From a virus (Duplodnaviria > Caudoviricetes): a DNA stretch of 64,000 nucleotides. Numbering within the stretch: the first letter of the stretch is position 1; each line of letters begins with the position of its first letter. The position numbers and the translations under genes were made by a program. Of the stretch, positions 1 to 9,700 are shown in pieces. The notes below the pieces were generated by a model. The model had not been told where the DNA came from. It ran no database searches and saw nothing but the letters and a program-made list of their open reading frames with translations. Location: positions 8,768 through 72,767 of the IMG/VR virus record IMGVR_UViG_2923084042_000004. One strand, written 5' to 3'.

Positions 1-809
1 AAGTAGCCGCATTCATTTCCTTTAACCGGCGCTTTGTTAGTCGGATAGATACGCCAAGAATCGGCCGAAGCCGGAAGGTAAACGTATTTCTTTCCTTTAG
101 AGGTCGACGTTGAACCGCCTTTAAGCTTGAGCACCTGGCCGACCGTAATTTTATTCGCGTTCTTGATACCGTTGTACGATTGAAGCTTCGTTACACTTAC
201 GCCTGTTTTCTCCGCTATTTCGGAAAGTGTGTCGCCTTTCTTGACGGTATAAGTAGACCCGGAAGCTTTTGGCGCTGATTTCTTCGCGGATGAAGATGAC
301 GTTGATTTTCCGCCGAGCGCTTTAAGTTCCGCCGCGATTGCCGCCTTTACAGATTCCCAACGTCCTTCAGCGAGCACGCGATGCGGACAATATTTGCCGG
401 ACCAATCCTGGTGCTTTCGGACACGATCAACGCCCCAGCCGCGCTCTTTTAACAGTTGCGCAATAAACTTAATCGCCAGCTTTTCGGCCGCTTTGTACTT
501 AGCGCCTCCTGATTTCGAATAACAAACCTCTACGCCGATAGACGTACGGTTTCCGGAATTTGATCCGTTACCGTCTCCGGTATGCCACGCGTTACGATCC
601 GTCGGAATTCCTTGAACGACTTCCTTATCGTCCACCGCGAAATGGTAAGATACTTCGTTGTTGTTTCCGATCATATACCGGATTTCTGCGTCTGCTGATG
701 CGTCGTTCGCCGTATTGTGGAACGTAATGTATTTCGCATCCATAGAATACGGACACTTAACGGAATACTTACTTGATGCGACGAGATTCTTGCGTACTGA
801 AATCGCCAT
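1..809 (-). CDS. Endolysin, N-acetylmuramoyl-L-alanine amidase (Amidase_2) with LysM; XlyA/XlyB-like; 3' end runs off the window
   Basis: Read manually (absent from the ORF track): MAISVRKNLVASSKYSVKCPYSM..ITFHNTANDASA..SYHFAVDD..AWHTGDG..SIGVEVC..HQDWSGKYCPH, then LysM YTVKKGDTLSEIA..GQVLKL; SD GAAAGGAG upstream. Confidence 0.95.
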   Translation of the reverse strand, partial: MAISVRKNLVASSKYSVKCPYSMDAKYITFHNTANDASADAEIRYMIGNNNEVSYHFAVDDKEVVQGIPTDRNAWHTGDGNGSNSGNRTSIGVEVCYSKSGGAKYKAAEKLAIKFIAQLLKERGWGVDRVRKHQDWSGKYCPHRVLAEGRWESVKAAIAAELKALGGKSTSSSSAKKSAPKASGSTYTVKKGDTLSEIAEKTGVSVTKLQSYNGIKNANKITVGQVLKLKGGSTSTSKGKKYVYLPASADSWRIYPTNKAPVKGNECGY

Positions 810-831
810 TATATCGTCTCCTTTCGAATTT

Positions 832-873
832 AAAAAAGCCCGCCGGGACTCTCACCTGACGGGCGCATTGCGT
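832..873 (-). terminator. Intrinsic terminator-like hairpin between holin and endolysin
   Basis: GCCCGTC-AGGTGAGAGTCCC-GGCGGGC followed by TTTTTT on the minus strand. Confidence 0.6.
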
Positions 874-881
874 TTATTTGG

Positions 882-1085
882 TTATTCTCTTCCGCGAAAT
901 TTTTCTTCGAGTCTATCGATCTTATCGATGATGACATCATACTTATCGCTAAACTTATCGAGTAGATCCTGCAGCCTTGATTCGCGTTCCCGGTTCGACT
1001 TCATGACGTAAATAAGAAGCCACGTAAAAAGGACCGCGAAGGGCCCTTGCGTTAAAAAATATTTAATTACGTCTAGTTCGCCCAA
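882..1085 (-). CDS. BhlA/UviB-family holin
   Basis: 67 aa with QGPFAVLFTWLLIYVMKSNRERE motif and one TM segment; directly upstream of the endolysin. Confidence 0.92.
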   Translation of the reverse strand: MGELDVIKYFLTQGPFAVLFTWLLIYVMKSNRERESRLQDLLDKFSDKYDVIIDKIDRLEEKFRGRE

Positions 1086-1109
1086 TTATGGCGCCCTCCT
1101 TTCCGTTAA

Positions 1110-1280
1110 TTAAGCAATATCTTCACTAGGCGGATTATCCGGATCGTAAGGATCTCCAGTGATATCTTCGTATTGTTCCGGTGTGATCCGTCCTACTGCG
1201 ACGACGTCGTGGACCTGCTTTTTCGTCCAAAGGCCGTTCTCATAAAACCCTTTAATATACGTAAACCAATCGATTGTCAT
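1110..1280 (-). CDS. XkdX-family small tail-associated protein
   Basis: Read manually: MTIDWFTYIKGFYENGLWTKKQVHDVVAVGRITPEQYEDITGDPY..., a typical XkdX pattern. Confidence 0.88.
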   Translation of the reverse strand: MTIDWFTYIKGFYENGLWTKKQVHDVVAVGRITPEQYEDITGDPYDPDNPPSEDIA

Positions 1281-1574
1281 TTACGATCCTCCTAACGCGA
1301 TTAAGTAGTATAGATCCGCCACTTGTTTCTGAAGGACTTCGATTTCTGACGGCCCGGGGTCAGGAGGCTGTAAGCTGTCGATGTATTCTTGTGTAGCTGT
1401 TTCGCGCCATTCCGATTTGCCTTTATCGAACACCGGTTTATACATGCCGGAGCCGTCGGGATTAACAGGAGGGATATCTGTGTACCCTTCCGGAATATCC
1501 TCGCCGTTATTGATAATCATATTTTCTGACGGCACATAATTCATTTTGTTGTCGTATTTGTATATTTGTTTCAT
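1281..1574 (-). CDS. Tail fibre assembly/chaperone-like protein
   Basis: 97 aa with GYTDIPP..YKPVFD..W motifs; sits between the fibre gene and XkdX. Confidence 0.65.
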   Translation of the reverse strand: MKQIYKYDNKMNYVPSENMIINNGEDIPEGYTDIPPVNPDGSGMYKPVFDKGKSEWRETATQEYIDSLQPPDPGPSEIEVLQKQVADLYYLIALGGS

Positions 1575-1589
1575 TTGATAACGCCTCCT

Positions 1590-2813
1590 CTACAACGCTT
1601 TAAATGCGAAATCAAATTTAATATAGTTCGTGTTACTGGATACGCTTTCTACGATGACTTCACCAGTAGATTTGTATGCAATCCGAGCAACCTGTGCCGA
1701 TCCTGATGCTATTTGTATACAACCCATAGATCGTGGCGGCCGCATGTTTTCAGGGAGTGTAAAAACAGTCGTTCCAACAACGCCTCCTTTTGCTTCCCCT
1801 CGCACCCATACTGTTTTCGACGCGTCAATTCCAAAAACTACATCTTCGCCGCCGTTGTAGTGAGACCAGCCGTTCTGCAAAGTCGCAACAACCCACGAAA
1901 AGTTAGATACGTAAGTCTTGGCATCAGCAAGCGCCTTATCCGCTTTTTCTTGCGCGCCCTTCGTTGTTTCTTTAGCGTTCCAAGCTGTGCGCTCATCAGC
2001 CGTGATATGCCGTGTAGTATCGTCGTCATGTTCCTTAAATTCTATCTTACTCGCCTGCTGCACGTCATCTACATTCGATAAGCCAATCTGCGCTTTTGTC
2101 ACAGCGTGTGGGTTACTCGTGTCATTGACATGGTTATCAAACTCAGTTTTCTTCGCTTGTTTGACATTATCGACGTTAGCTAACCCCACCTGAGCTTTCG
2201 TTACCTTGTGAGGATTGTCCGTCTTAGCTGCGTGTTCGTCCGTATAAGCCTTCGCATTAGCTTCCGCTGCATCTGCCTTTTCTTGCGCTCCCTCTTTCGT
2301 TTCAATTCGGTCGAGATCAGAGAACTTCGCTTTTAATTCGTCGAGCATTGCTGTTTCTTCGTCATACATCGCTATGATTAACGCCTTTAATGATTCGAAA
2401 TCATCGACGTAATATTCTGCGAGAGGTGCGATGTTTTGATCCGCAAGACTTTGCGATATTTCAAACCCGAATTTGTGAGCAGAGAGTGATTGCCCGTTCG
2501 TATATTTCAGAATGAGTTGACAGTTGAATTTGCCGTACATTTTGATTTCATCCTCATCTAAAACATACTCTGCGATACCTTTCAACGGATCAACTATCGT
2601 GACATCTCGTATTCTCTGCTTACCGCTGGACGGAACGAGGATTACTTTTCCGGTCACGGCTGATAGTGGCAATGGGATGCCGTCCTTGCGTAAATAAAAT
2701 ATCAACTTTGCCGTATTAATATCTTGCGTTGAAAATATAAAAGATGATTGGTAATTCCCTTCTGTTATTGCGTTTATATCGAACGCGTAAGAGCCGTTTT
2801 TATAAATAGCCAA
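1590..2813 (-). CDS. Baseplate upper protein (BppU/DUF2479 N-terminus) / tail fibre
   Basis: N-terminal STQDINTAKLIFYL motif; tandem NPHxVTKAQxGLxNVD repeats; C-terminal LQNGW..FTLP..RP domain. Confidence 0.85.
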   Translation of the reverse strand: MAIYKNGSYAFDINAITEGNYQSSFIFSTQDINTAKLIFYLRKDGIPLPLSAVTGKVILVPSSGKQRIRDVTIVDPLKGIAEYVLDEDEIKMYGKFNCQLILKYTNGQSLSAHKFGFEISQSLADQNIAPLAEYYVDDFESLKALIIAMYDEETAMLDELKAKFSDLDRIETKEGAQEKADAAEANAKAYTDEHAAKTDNPHKVTKAQVGLANVDNVKQAKKTEFDNHVNDTSNPHAVTKAQIGLSNVDDVQQASKIEFKEHDDDTTRHITADERTAWNAKETTKGAQEKADKALADAKTYVSNFSWVVATLQNGWSHYNGGEDVVFGIDASKTVWVRGEAKGGVVGTTVFTLPENMRPPRSMGCIQIASGSAQVARIAYKSTGEVIVESVSSNTNYIKFDFAFKAL

Positions 2814-2849
2814 TATCCGTTACCTCCCTTTAAATAGTCGCCACTTACA

Positions 2850-4427
2850 TTAATTCAAATACCATTCAAAAATAATCGGGTACCAAGAATTTACATCAGG
2901 TGTAGGGTGCCGTGTGGACAATACTTTCACTTTTCCATTAGGTTGGATTTGACAAACGGCATTGTACCCTCCTGATGTTGGAATTGTAAAGGGCAGCACT
3001 CTATCGGGCGACCAATCAGGATAATAGCTTATATACTCTGTGTCCATAGTTGTTACGCCTTTTAGTTCAGCTTCTAGTCGTATTTTATTTCCTATTCTTC
3101 GTATTCTTGGTTTGCGTTCTGGAACGTAGGCAGTCGCACCATTTAATAATTCTATGTCCATCCATCCCGTATCTTTGCGAGATTGGTTTACGTTTACATC
3201 CAAGGAATATCCCAGCATTCGATTATGCCGTACAAGAACAACATCGGCGTTATTCACGACCTGAACTGCAACTAAATCTCCTTTGTACACACAGCACGAT
3301 TCATTTTCAAAGTTATAGTTGTAAATATTCGGAATGAAGTTAGAAAACTTTTTATTGATCGCACTAGCGAGTGAGTCTTTTGTGTAAATATAGTAATTCA
3401 AAAGCTCCCCAGTTAGGTTGTACACGGATATAGCTGGTCTCCCGTTGCTTTTACCGTGTGACATGAATAGGAATCCATCATTTAAGGTCATACCTTGTAC
3501 CTTCTCTAAATGAGGAATATAGTCTACAGTAAAATCAGTGTATAGAACGGGATTCCCCGACTTTATCGATTCCCAAGTGTACACATAAGCATGAATGCTG
3601 GATTGATTTACGGTTATCGAAGCAAAATAATATTTGTTAGCCGCGTATTTACTACTTACATCAGCTATAATTAAATCCGAGAGCTCTCCTGTATCGTAAT
3701 TAAAAATGTTATATCCAGACATTTTCGAAGCTTTAACGATAAAGCATAAGTTACCTTGGTCATTATAAAAAAATGACAGCCCCTCAGTGTATGCGCCAGA
3801 TTCTATAGGGATTGATTTTCTTTCTTTGAAACTCCCTGTATCAAGATCGCGAATTTCAATTCTCAGTTCTGTTCCTTCATTTTCTTGGGAAGCAACATAG
3901 ATTTCATTTGTCAACTCGTTTATATTTGCAGATTGCGGCCAAAATAAAGCTTCTTCCCGCGCCTTAAATGTAGTCATCGCTTCCACATTATTCAAATAGC
4001 TTAAAGCATCCTGCGAATTGGTTATTAATTCAACCGTCTTGTACATTTCTGCTAGTTGATTCTTATTTGCTTCCAGTTGAGTCTTAATTTCTCCCTTATC
4101 TGCATCCAATCTTTCTTTCAATACAGGATACACAAAACCATCATCGTCTACGCGTGCATCCACAACCTCTTTTATGTTGGTTCCGTCAGCATTTAAAATT
4201 AAATTGTTTATTCGGTTTTTCGCTTTCTCAATTTCGTCTGAGACTGTTAATCCGTCAAAATGGATTATTTGCTCGGACGTATGGGCTGCAGGACCTTTAA
4301 TGTGAGTCCTTAGATCGCCGTATGCTCCGCTAATGTCTTCCGCAATATCTTCTAGATTGTCATTATAGCTGTTTCTAAAATTACGATCGAAAGCGCTGCC
4401 CGCTTTTTTGTAAGGGTAATTCGGCAT
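2850..4427 (-). CDS. Putative receptor-binding tail protein (EVVDAR shoulder, beta-propeller-like middle, fibre C-terminal domain)
   Basis: KEVVDARV..YPVLKERLDA motif; propeller-like motifs PQS..YV, EGL, VQGM, ENE; AT-rich relative to neighbours. Confidence 0.7.
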   Translation of the reverse strand: MPNYPYKKAGSAFDRNFRNSYNDNLEDIAEDISGAYGDLRTHIKGPAAHTSEQIIHFDGLTVSDEIEKAKNRINNLILNADGTNIKEVVDARVDDDGFVYPVLKERLDADKGEIKTQLEANKNQLAEMYKTVELITNSQDALSYLNNVEAMTTFKAREEALFWPQSANINELTNEIYVASQENEGTELRIEIRDLDTGSFKERKSIPIESGAYTEGLSFFYNDQGNLCFIVKASKMSGYNIFNYDTGELSDLIIADVSSKYAANKYYFASITVNQSSIHAYVYTWESIKSGNPVLYTDFTVDYIPHLEKVQGMTLNDGFLFMSHGKSNGRPAISVYNLTGELLNYYIYTKDSLASAINKKFSNFIPNIYNYNFENESCCVYKGDLVAVQVVNNADVVLVRHNRMLGYSLDVNVNQSRKDTGWMDIELLNGATAYVPERKPRIRRIGNKIRLEAELKGVTTMDTEYISYYPDWSPDRVLPFTIPTSGGYNAVCQIQPNGKVKVLSTRHPTPDVNSWYPIIFEWYLN

Positions 4428-4444
4428 TTGTCTCCTCCTTCATG

Positions 4445-5980
4445 CTAAATTTTAAATTGCGTATTTATCGCGATGAAAGCGTTCGGAGTCGGGTTGGTAC
4501 TACTCTCTACGCACACATCCCCGTTCGTCTTTACAACTCCGGTGAAAATATAACCCGGTCCAGCCGAACCGCAGAAATAATACGGATAAGTAGGTCGATA
4601 TTCTATAGGCAGCGTATAGATTGGCGTAGATGTCCCGATCGTCCCATTCGCGACAACACCCCGTAACACTACCGTCCCTACCATATCCTTGCCGAATTGC
4701 ACTACGGAGGTTCCGCGGGCGTCCGAGTATTGACTCCATCCGTTTTTAAAAGTCGGTGCCGTCCAGGTTATATTCGTTAATCGCGCTTCTAGTGCGGCGG
4801 CCGCTCCTCCAGCTTCCTTTGAATCCCATGTTAATTTTTGCGCTGCAGTTACGTGGATGTCCGTGTTTTTCACGTGAGCATCTAAGTCGCTCTTAAGTGC
4901 TAAACCGGACGTGTTGATCGCGCTTGTTTTAATGGTACCGGTCGAAGGATCGATTACTTTATCAACCGTTTTCTTAGTCGTATCAAAGTCCGCGATTAAG
5001 TCCGAAGCCTTTTTCGTAACTGATCCGAATGTAAATACCGGCGGCTTTTTATCGTTTGAATAGTCTTCGATAGTTAAGACACGCAGTTGAACGTTTATAT
5101 CAAACGGCTCAATAACGCACCATAAATAATCGCCTTTTCTTACGTCTGTAATGCCCATACTTGCGAGTTCAATAGCCGTGAATGTAAGCGATATTTCCAT
5201 ACTGTCGCCAAGTTTGCTTTTCATCTCCGCTAGTAACGAAGCTTTATCCGTAAATCTCTCGTCCTTGACCGGTTCAGCGTGCTTTATTCCGTAGATCGAT
5301 GCTAAGGGACTTGTATACTCCGCCTGGACAACATAGGTGCCGTCCTCTCTTTGCTTACCATAACCGCGAATGTATGTCGCAAAGCTACTCGTATCAATCT
5401 CTTTCTCCGGCTCACTGACGTTGTATTTATACCGCAGGAAAGGTTCGTCTTTTTTGCTGCCGATCTTCTTCGCAATGAAAATGTGCTTTCCGACGTAATC
5501 AAATTCCGCGCCAAACTTTTCGAGAATGCTTCGCAGTAAAGCTAACGAATTATCCCAACCGAAGTTCTGAACCTCAACCGATGTCGGCAGGTCCGTATTA
5601 TCCACCTCGTACGTATAGCCGGTGCCCTTTAACGCAAAATCGAGCATCGCATTTATTCGCAGCGTGCCCGATTTCTCTTCGTAAACTCGATAGTTTATCA
5701 AGTCGTCAAATATGCGATGAAGTGCCGTCACTTCGACGCCCACACCGTTTTTAAACGTTTTTTCCTTATGCGTTTTGATCACGTACTCCTCGTCTTTATA
5801 GATGAGGATATTTTCGTTTTTCACGAGTTTATAGCCGTGCTGATTAATCTCCGTCTTATAGCCCGTCACACTTAACGTCTTCTCGCCTTCGACACCGTTA
5901 CTTCGCGTTACATAAAATCCCGGCAGAGGTTCGGCGATTCCTGATATGTCTTTAACAGCTAATATAGCCATCGCATACAC
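4445..5980 (-). CDS. Tal/baseplate hub ('prophage endopeptidase') tail protein
   Basis: Follows Dit; TYIRGYGK and YGIKHAEPVKDERFT motifs. Confidence 0.85.
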   Translation of the reverse strand: MYAMAILAVKDISGIAEPLPGFYVTRSNGVEGEKTLSVTGYKTEINQHGYKLVKNENILIYKDEEYVIKTHKEKTFKNGVGVEVTALHRIFDDLINYRVYEEKSGTLRINAMLDFALKGTGYTYEVDNTDLPTSVEVQNFGWDNSLALLRSILEKFGAEFDYVGKHIFIAKKIGSKKDEPFLRYKYNVSEPEKEIDTSSFATYIRGYGKQREDGTYVVQAEYTSPLASIYGIKHAEPVKDERFTDKASLLAEMKSKLGDSMEISLTFTAIELASMGITDVRKGDYLWCVIEPFDINVQLRVLTIEDYSNDKKPPVFTFGSVTKKASDLIADFDTTKKTVDKVIDPSTGTIKTSAINTSGLALKSDLDAHVKNTDIHVTAAQKLTWDSKEAGGAAAALEARLTNITWTAPTFKNGWSQYSDARGTSVVQFGKDMVGTVVLRGVVANGTIGTSTPIYTLPIEYRPTYPYYFCGSAGPGYIFTGVVKTNGDVCVESSTNPTPNAFIAINTQFKI

Positions 5981-6799
5981 CTACTTATATAGAAAGTGGA
6001 AATCGAAAGATATTTCGAAGCTTCCCGACGTGCCGGAAAGTTCAACCTCGTTCCAACCGGGCGCAAGCGAAATATAACCTCGATTCGTATTAGCGTATAT
6101 GGTCGCGCCGTTCTTTAAATGGCGAAGGCCTTCGAGTGTGATCGTATCGCTAGTTCCGGAGCTCCCCGTATATGATACCGCTTGGTTTGTCGTTTTGTTT
6201 GTAATCGCGAAGTTATTTGAAGCGCCTTTATATACGATATTTAACGGAACGTCTTCGGAGGGATCTACGGTAACATTGCCGGCATTATAGACACGAAACC
6301 TAGTCGTTGTGAACCGATATTTCATATCGTCAGATAAAATCATCCCTTGCGATATTTGCCACTTATCGGAATCAAACGTTAACGGGTCGAGCGTCGAACC
6401 TAAAGAAGCCGCAAAAGGAAAAGCAGCCGTAAACTCAACCGTAAGTTTCCCGCTCCTGGGCGTGATGTATTCCGGTTCGTACGTGCTGCTTACCTTTACG
6501 GACCAAACCTTTCCGGGCTGTCGCGAATCTATTATTTCCATTTCGTTCTGCGTCGCGAATAAATCGTACACCTCGTCTAATAGTAAATGATAATCGATAT
6601 GATCGACGCCTTTAAAAAGAAAGACGGCCGTTAGCTTACGAACATCGAAGGTCGTACCCATATCGATTGATCCGTTGCGGCCGTCTACTTCCTGAAGATC
6701 TGTACGGTGGGTTAACGAGTCCTTGCGAAAACTAAGGAGACGCAAACCGAAATTACGGTGATCGATCGTTTCACCGTTTTTTATAATTATTAGATGCAC
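5981..6799 (-). CDS. Distal tail protein (Dit)
   Basis: EVDGRNG, YNAGNVTVDP and LAPGWNEV motifs; directly after the tape measure gene. Confidence 0.88.
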   Translation of the reverse strand: MHLIIIKNGETIDHRNFGLRLLSFRKDSLTHRTDLQEVDGRNGSIDMGTTFDVRKLTAVFLFKGVDHIDYHLLLDEVYDLFATQNEMEIIDSRQPGKVWSVKVSSTYEPEYITPRSGKLTVEFTAAFPFAASLGSTLDPLTFDSDKWQISQGMILSDDMKYRFTTTRFRVYNAGNVTVDPSEDVPLNIVYKGASNNFAITNKTTNQAVSYTGSSGTSDTITLEGLRHLKNGATIYANTNRGYISLAPGWNEVELSGTSGSFEISFDFHFLYK

Positions 6800-9700
6800 T
6801 ACCGATCACCCCTAAATAATCTTTTCATCGTAGCTTGTTGCGCTTGCGAGCTGTCGACGTAGTTAGTTAAAGCGTCCTTGTCTACGCGTACGCTCGGATC
6901 TTTTTGCGCGATTATATTAAGTGCCGCCAAAGATCGTTGCTCAACGCTAACTAAGCGCTCAAGTAGGTTCGCTACAACCGTCTGATCTGTTCCACTTTCT
7001 ATGCCTAATTTCTTACCAGTTTCTTTATAAAGCTGAAGCGCTCGTTGACGGTTGTTCTTTAACGGAATAACAGCTTCCGGACCTTCTTCCGCAACCCAAG
7101 CAAGCTGTTTCTGCGTTACGATGTCGCCGATTTTGTAACCTTTATACGGGCCACCTGCGCGCATTGACTTGATGCCCGGCGTATTGAATACTGTTCCGTA
7201 GCGCGAAATGATGTACCGGATTGCTGCAACCGCATTGTGGACCGGATTCATTATATCGCCCATGCCTTTCATCTTATGCGAATCAAACGTTGTTCTAATT
7301 GTCTGCATAAGCCCCATCGACGGTGTTCCGCGCTTCCAGTTGCTATCCCATTTGTTGATCGTAGAAGGTCCAGTACGTCCTCCTGATTCCTTCATCGCCA
7401 TGGTCGTTAAAGGACCGAACCAATTGCTTGGAACCTTCGTAATCTCCATCGCTTTCCGAATCCACTGCTTAACGTTGCCTGTCGCTTTTTCTCCGCTTCC
7501 GAAACCGCCGCCAAAATCATCTATTTGCTTCTTGACGAAGCCGACCATTGACGACTTAATCTTTTCATAGGCCCCTTTCGCCATACTACCGAATACGCCA
7601 GAGATTTCCGGAAGTTTTAGGCCGAGACTGTCGGCAACTTTCGAGACTAGTTTCTTCGGATCTGAAACGTAATCCCATACGTCAAAAGCGAATTCTTTGA
7701 CTTTGTTAACGGCACCTTTCGCGACATTAACGACGGTGTCTTTCGCACCTGAAACTGCGTCGACGCCTTTTTCGAATAGGTTTTTCTTCTTCGTACCTTT
7801 CTTAAAGGCCGGGATACCTTGCGCGATAAGTTTTTTCGTCATGTTATGCGGAAGGACTTGCGTTCCTTTCGGCAAATTAAATAGCGTATCTCTGCCGGGA
7901 CTTAGGCCGGTAAATCCGGAAGGTGTACGGAATAATTCAGGACCACCACCATCGCCGAGGATTGCTGGACCGCCTGGATGTCCGCCTGCTGACGTACCTT
8001 TCGCGTATCTAGGAATCTCTAATTTCGGAATGTAATGCTTTTTGTCAACGCCGATTAGCCCTAGAACTTTGTTGATTCCGTTCTGCGTTAAACCATTGAC
8101 AATTCCTTCGATGCCACCAAGAAGTTTATTACCTAAAGATTTAACTCCACCCATAGCCTTATGCGCCATGTTTTTAATTCCATCGCCTATCTTACCGGGA
8201 AGTTCTTTCGCATTTGTAACCATCTTGTCAAAAGTTTCAACCGCAAAATCTTTTATTCGTTTAAAGAATTTTTTAGTATTTCCCCACAAAGAGTCCCAAG
8301 CATTTACCGCACCGTCGACTACTTTTCCTGCCAGGTTTTTAACAGTTCCCCATATACTGTTCCATATACTCTTCAGAAATCCCCATATCGCATTAAAAAC
8401 AGAAGAAGTTACAGACTTTATTAGGTTCCACGCAGTTGTAACAGCTAATAAAACTAAGTTAACGGCACCTTTTATAACAGAACCAATAATTGTCCACACG
8501 CTCTTCAGTATCCCTAAAACCGCATTCCAGACACCTTCCCAATCCCCTTTAAGTAAAGATGAGAACAGATTGATAATGTTTGTAACAATGCCCAGAGCGC
8601 CTTTTATTACACCAACAATAACAGGGAATACTATCTGCACGACTTTGAGTATGAATTGTATTGCAGGTATCAAGACATTTTGAATTATAAAAGAAACAGT
8701 TTGAAGTATTGCTACAATAACTGGAACTGATGCTTGTATAACAGCCAAAACTATTGGAAATACTGCCTGCACTGCACTAAGAATGAGTGGAAGTATATTA
8801 ACTGCTAAATCATTTATTACTGAGGCGAATAACTTAATTATCGTTAAGACAACTGGCATAACCGCTTGGATTATTGACAGAATAACTGGAAAAATTGTTT
8901 GAACTGCGCTCGATAGCAGTGGTAATAAAACGCTCGCAATTACTTGAATTACAGGAACAAACGCTTTAATGATACTTAATATTGGTGGAAATACTGATTG
9001 AACAATGCTCAGTATCGGTGGAAGTAGTGACGTAAACCCTTGAACAAGTATCGGAATTACTGCCGTTACGATTTCTGTAACGACCTGTAACAACGTGCCT
9101 TGGACCTGCGCCCACACGCTTACTAGTCCACCAACCAAGCTTATGATTCCCGGAAGAACCTGCGCAAAAGCACCCGCCAATTCTCCGAGTAAAGGCGTAA
9201 TTTGAACAACCACATCAGAAAACGCAGCTCCTAAAGAACCCGCTAAACTTACAAACGTCGTACCTAATTGCGCGAATGCCGGACCGAGCTCTGCAATCGC
9301 TGCGCCTAAATCCGCAAATGCCGGCTTTAACGTAGCAAGACTCGTAACCATAACGTTCATCGTTTCCGCAAACTGTGGCGCTAGTTCAGCCGCAATCTGG
9401 CCGAAGTATTGACTAAACGCGTCAAACACCGGTTGCAACGCCGTCATTGCGCTGCTAATAACGCTTGATACTTGCGACCAAACAGTCGTAACCGAGTTGC
9501 GAAATTGTTCGTTAGATTGGTAAAGTCGGAATAAGAATCCGGCCAAGCTGACCAACGCTGTAATCGCGAAGCCAATCGGCCCAGATACGCCCATTAATGC
9601 CAAACCAAACGCTGTGATCGTCGGCGCAACGATGGAAATAACGCCGCTTACGCTTGAGAATGCCGTTTTAAGCTGCGCGAAGAACACGCCCGCAGCTTCC

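Noticed and set aside
8040-9060. AT-rich block inside the tape measure gene as a possible insertion element
   Set aside because: The frame is continuous and encodes normal amphipathic TMP repeats; at most an allelic swap.
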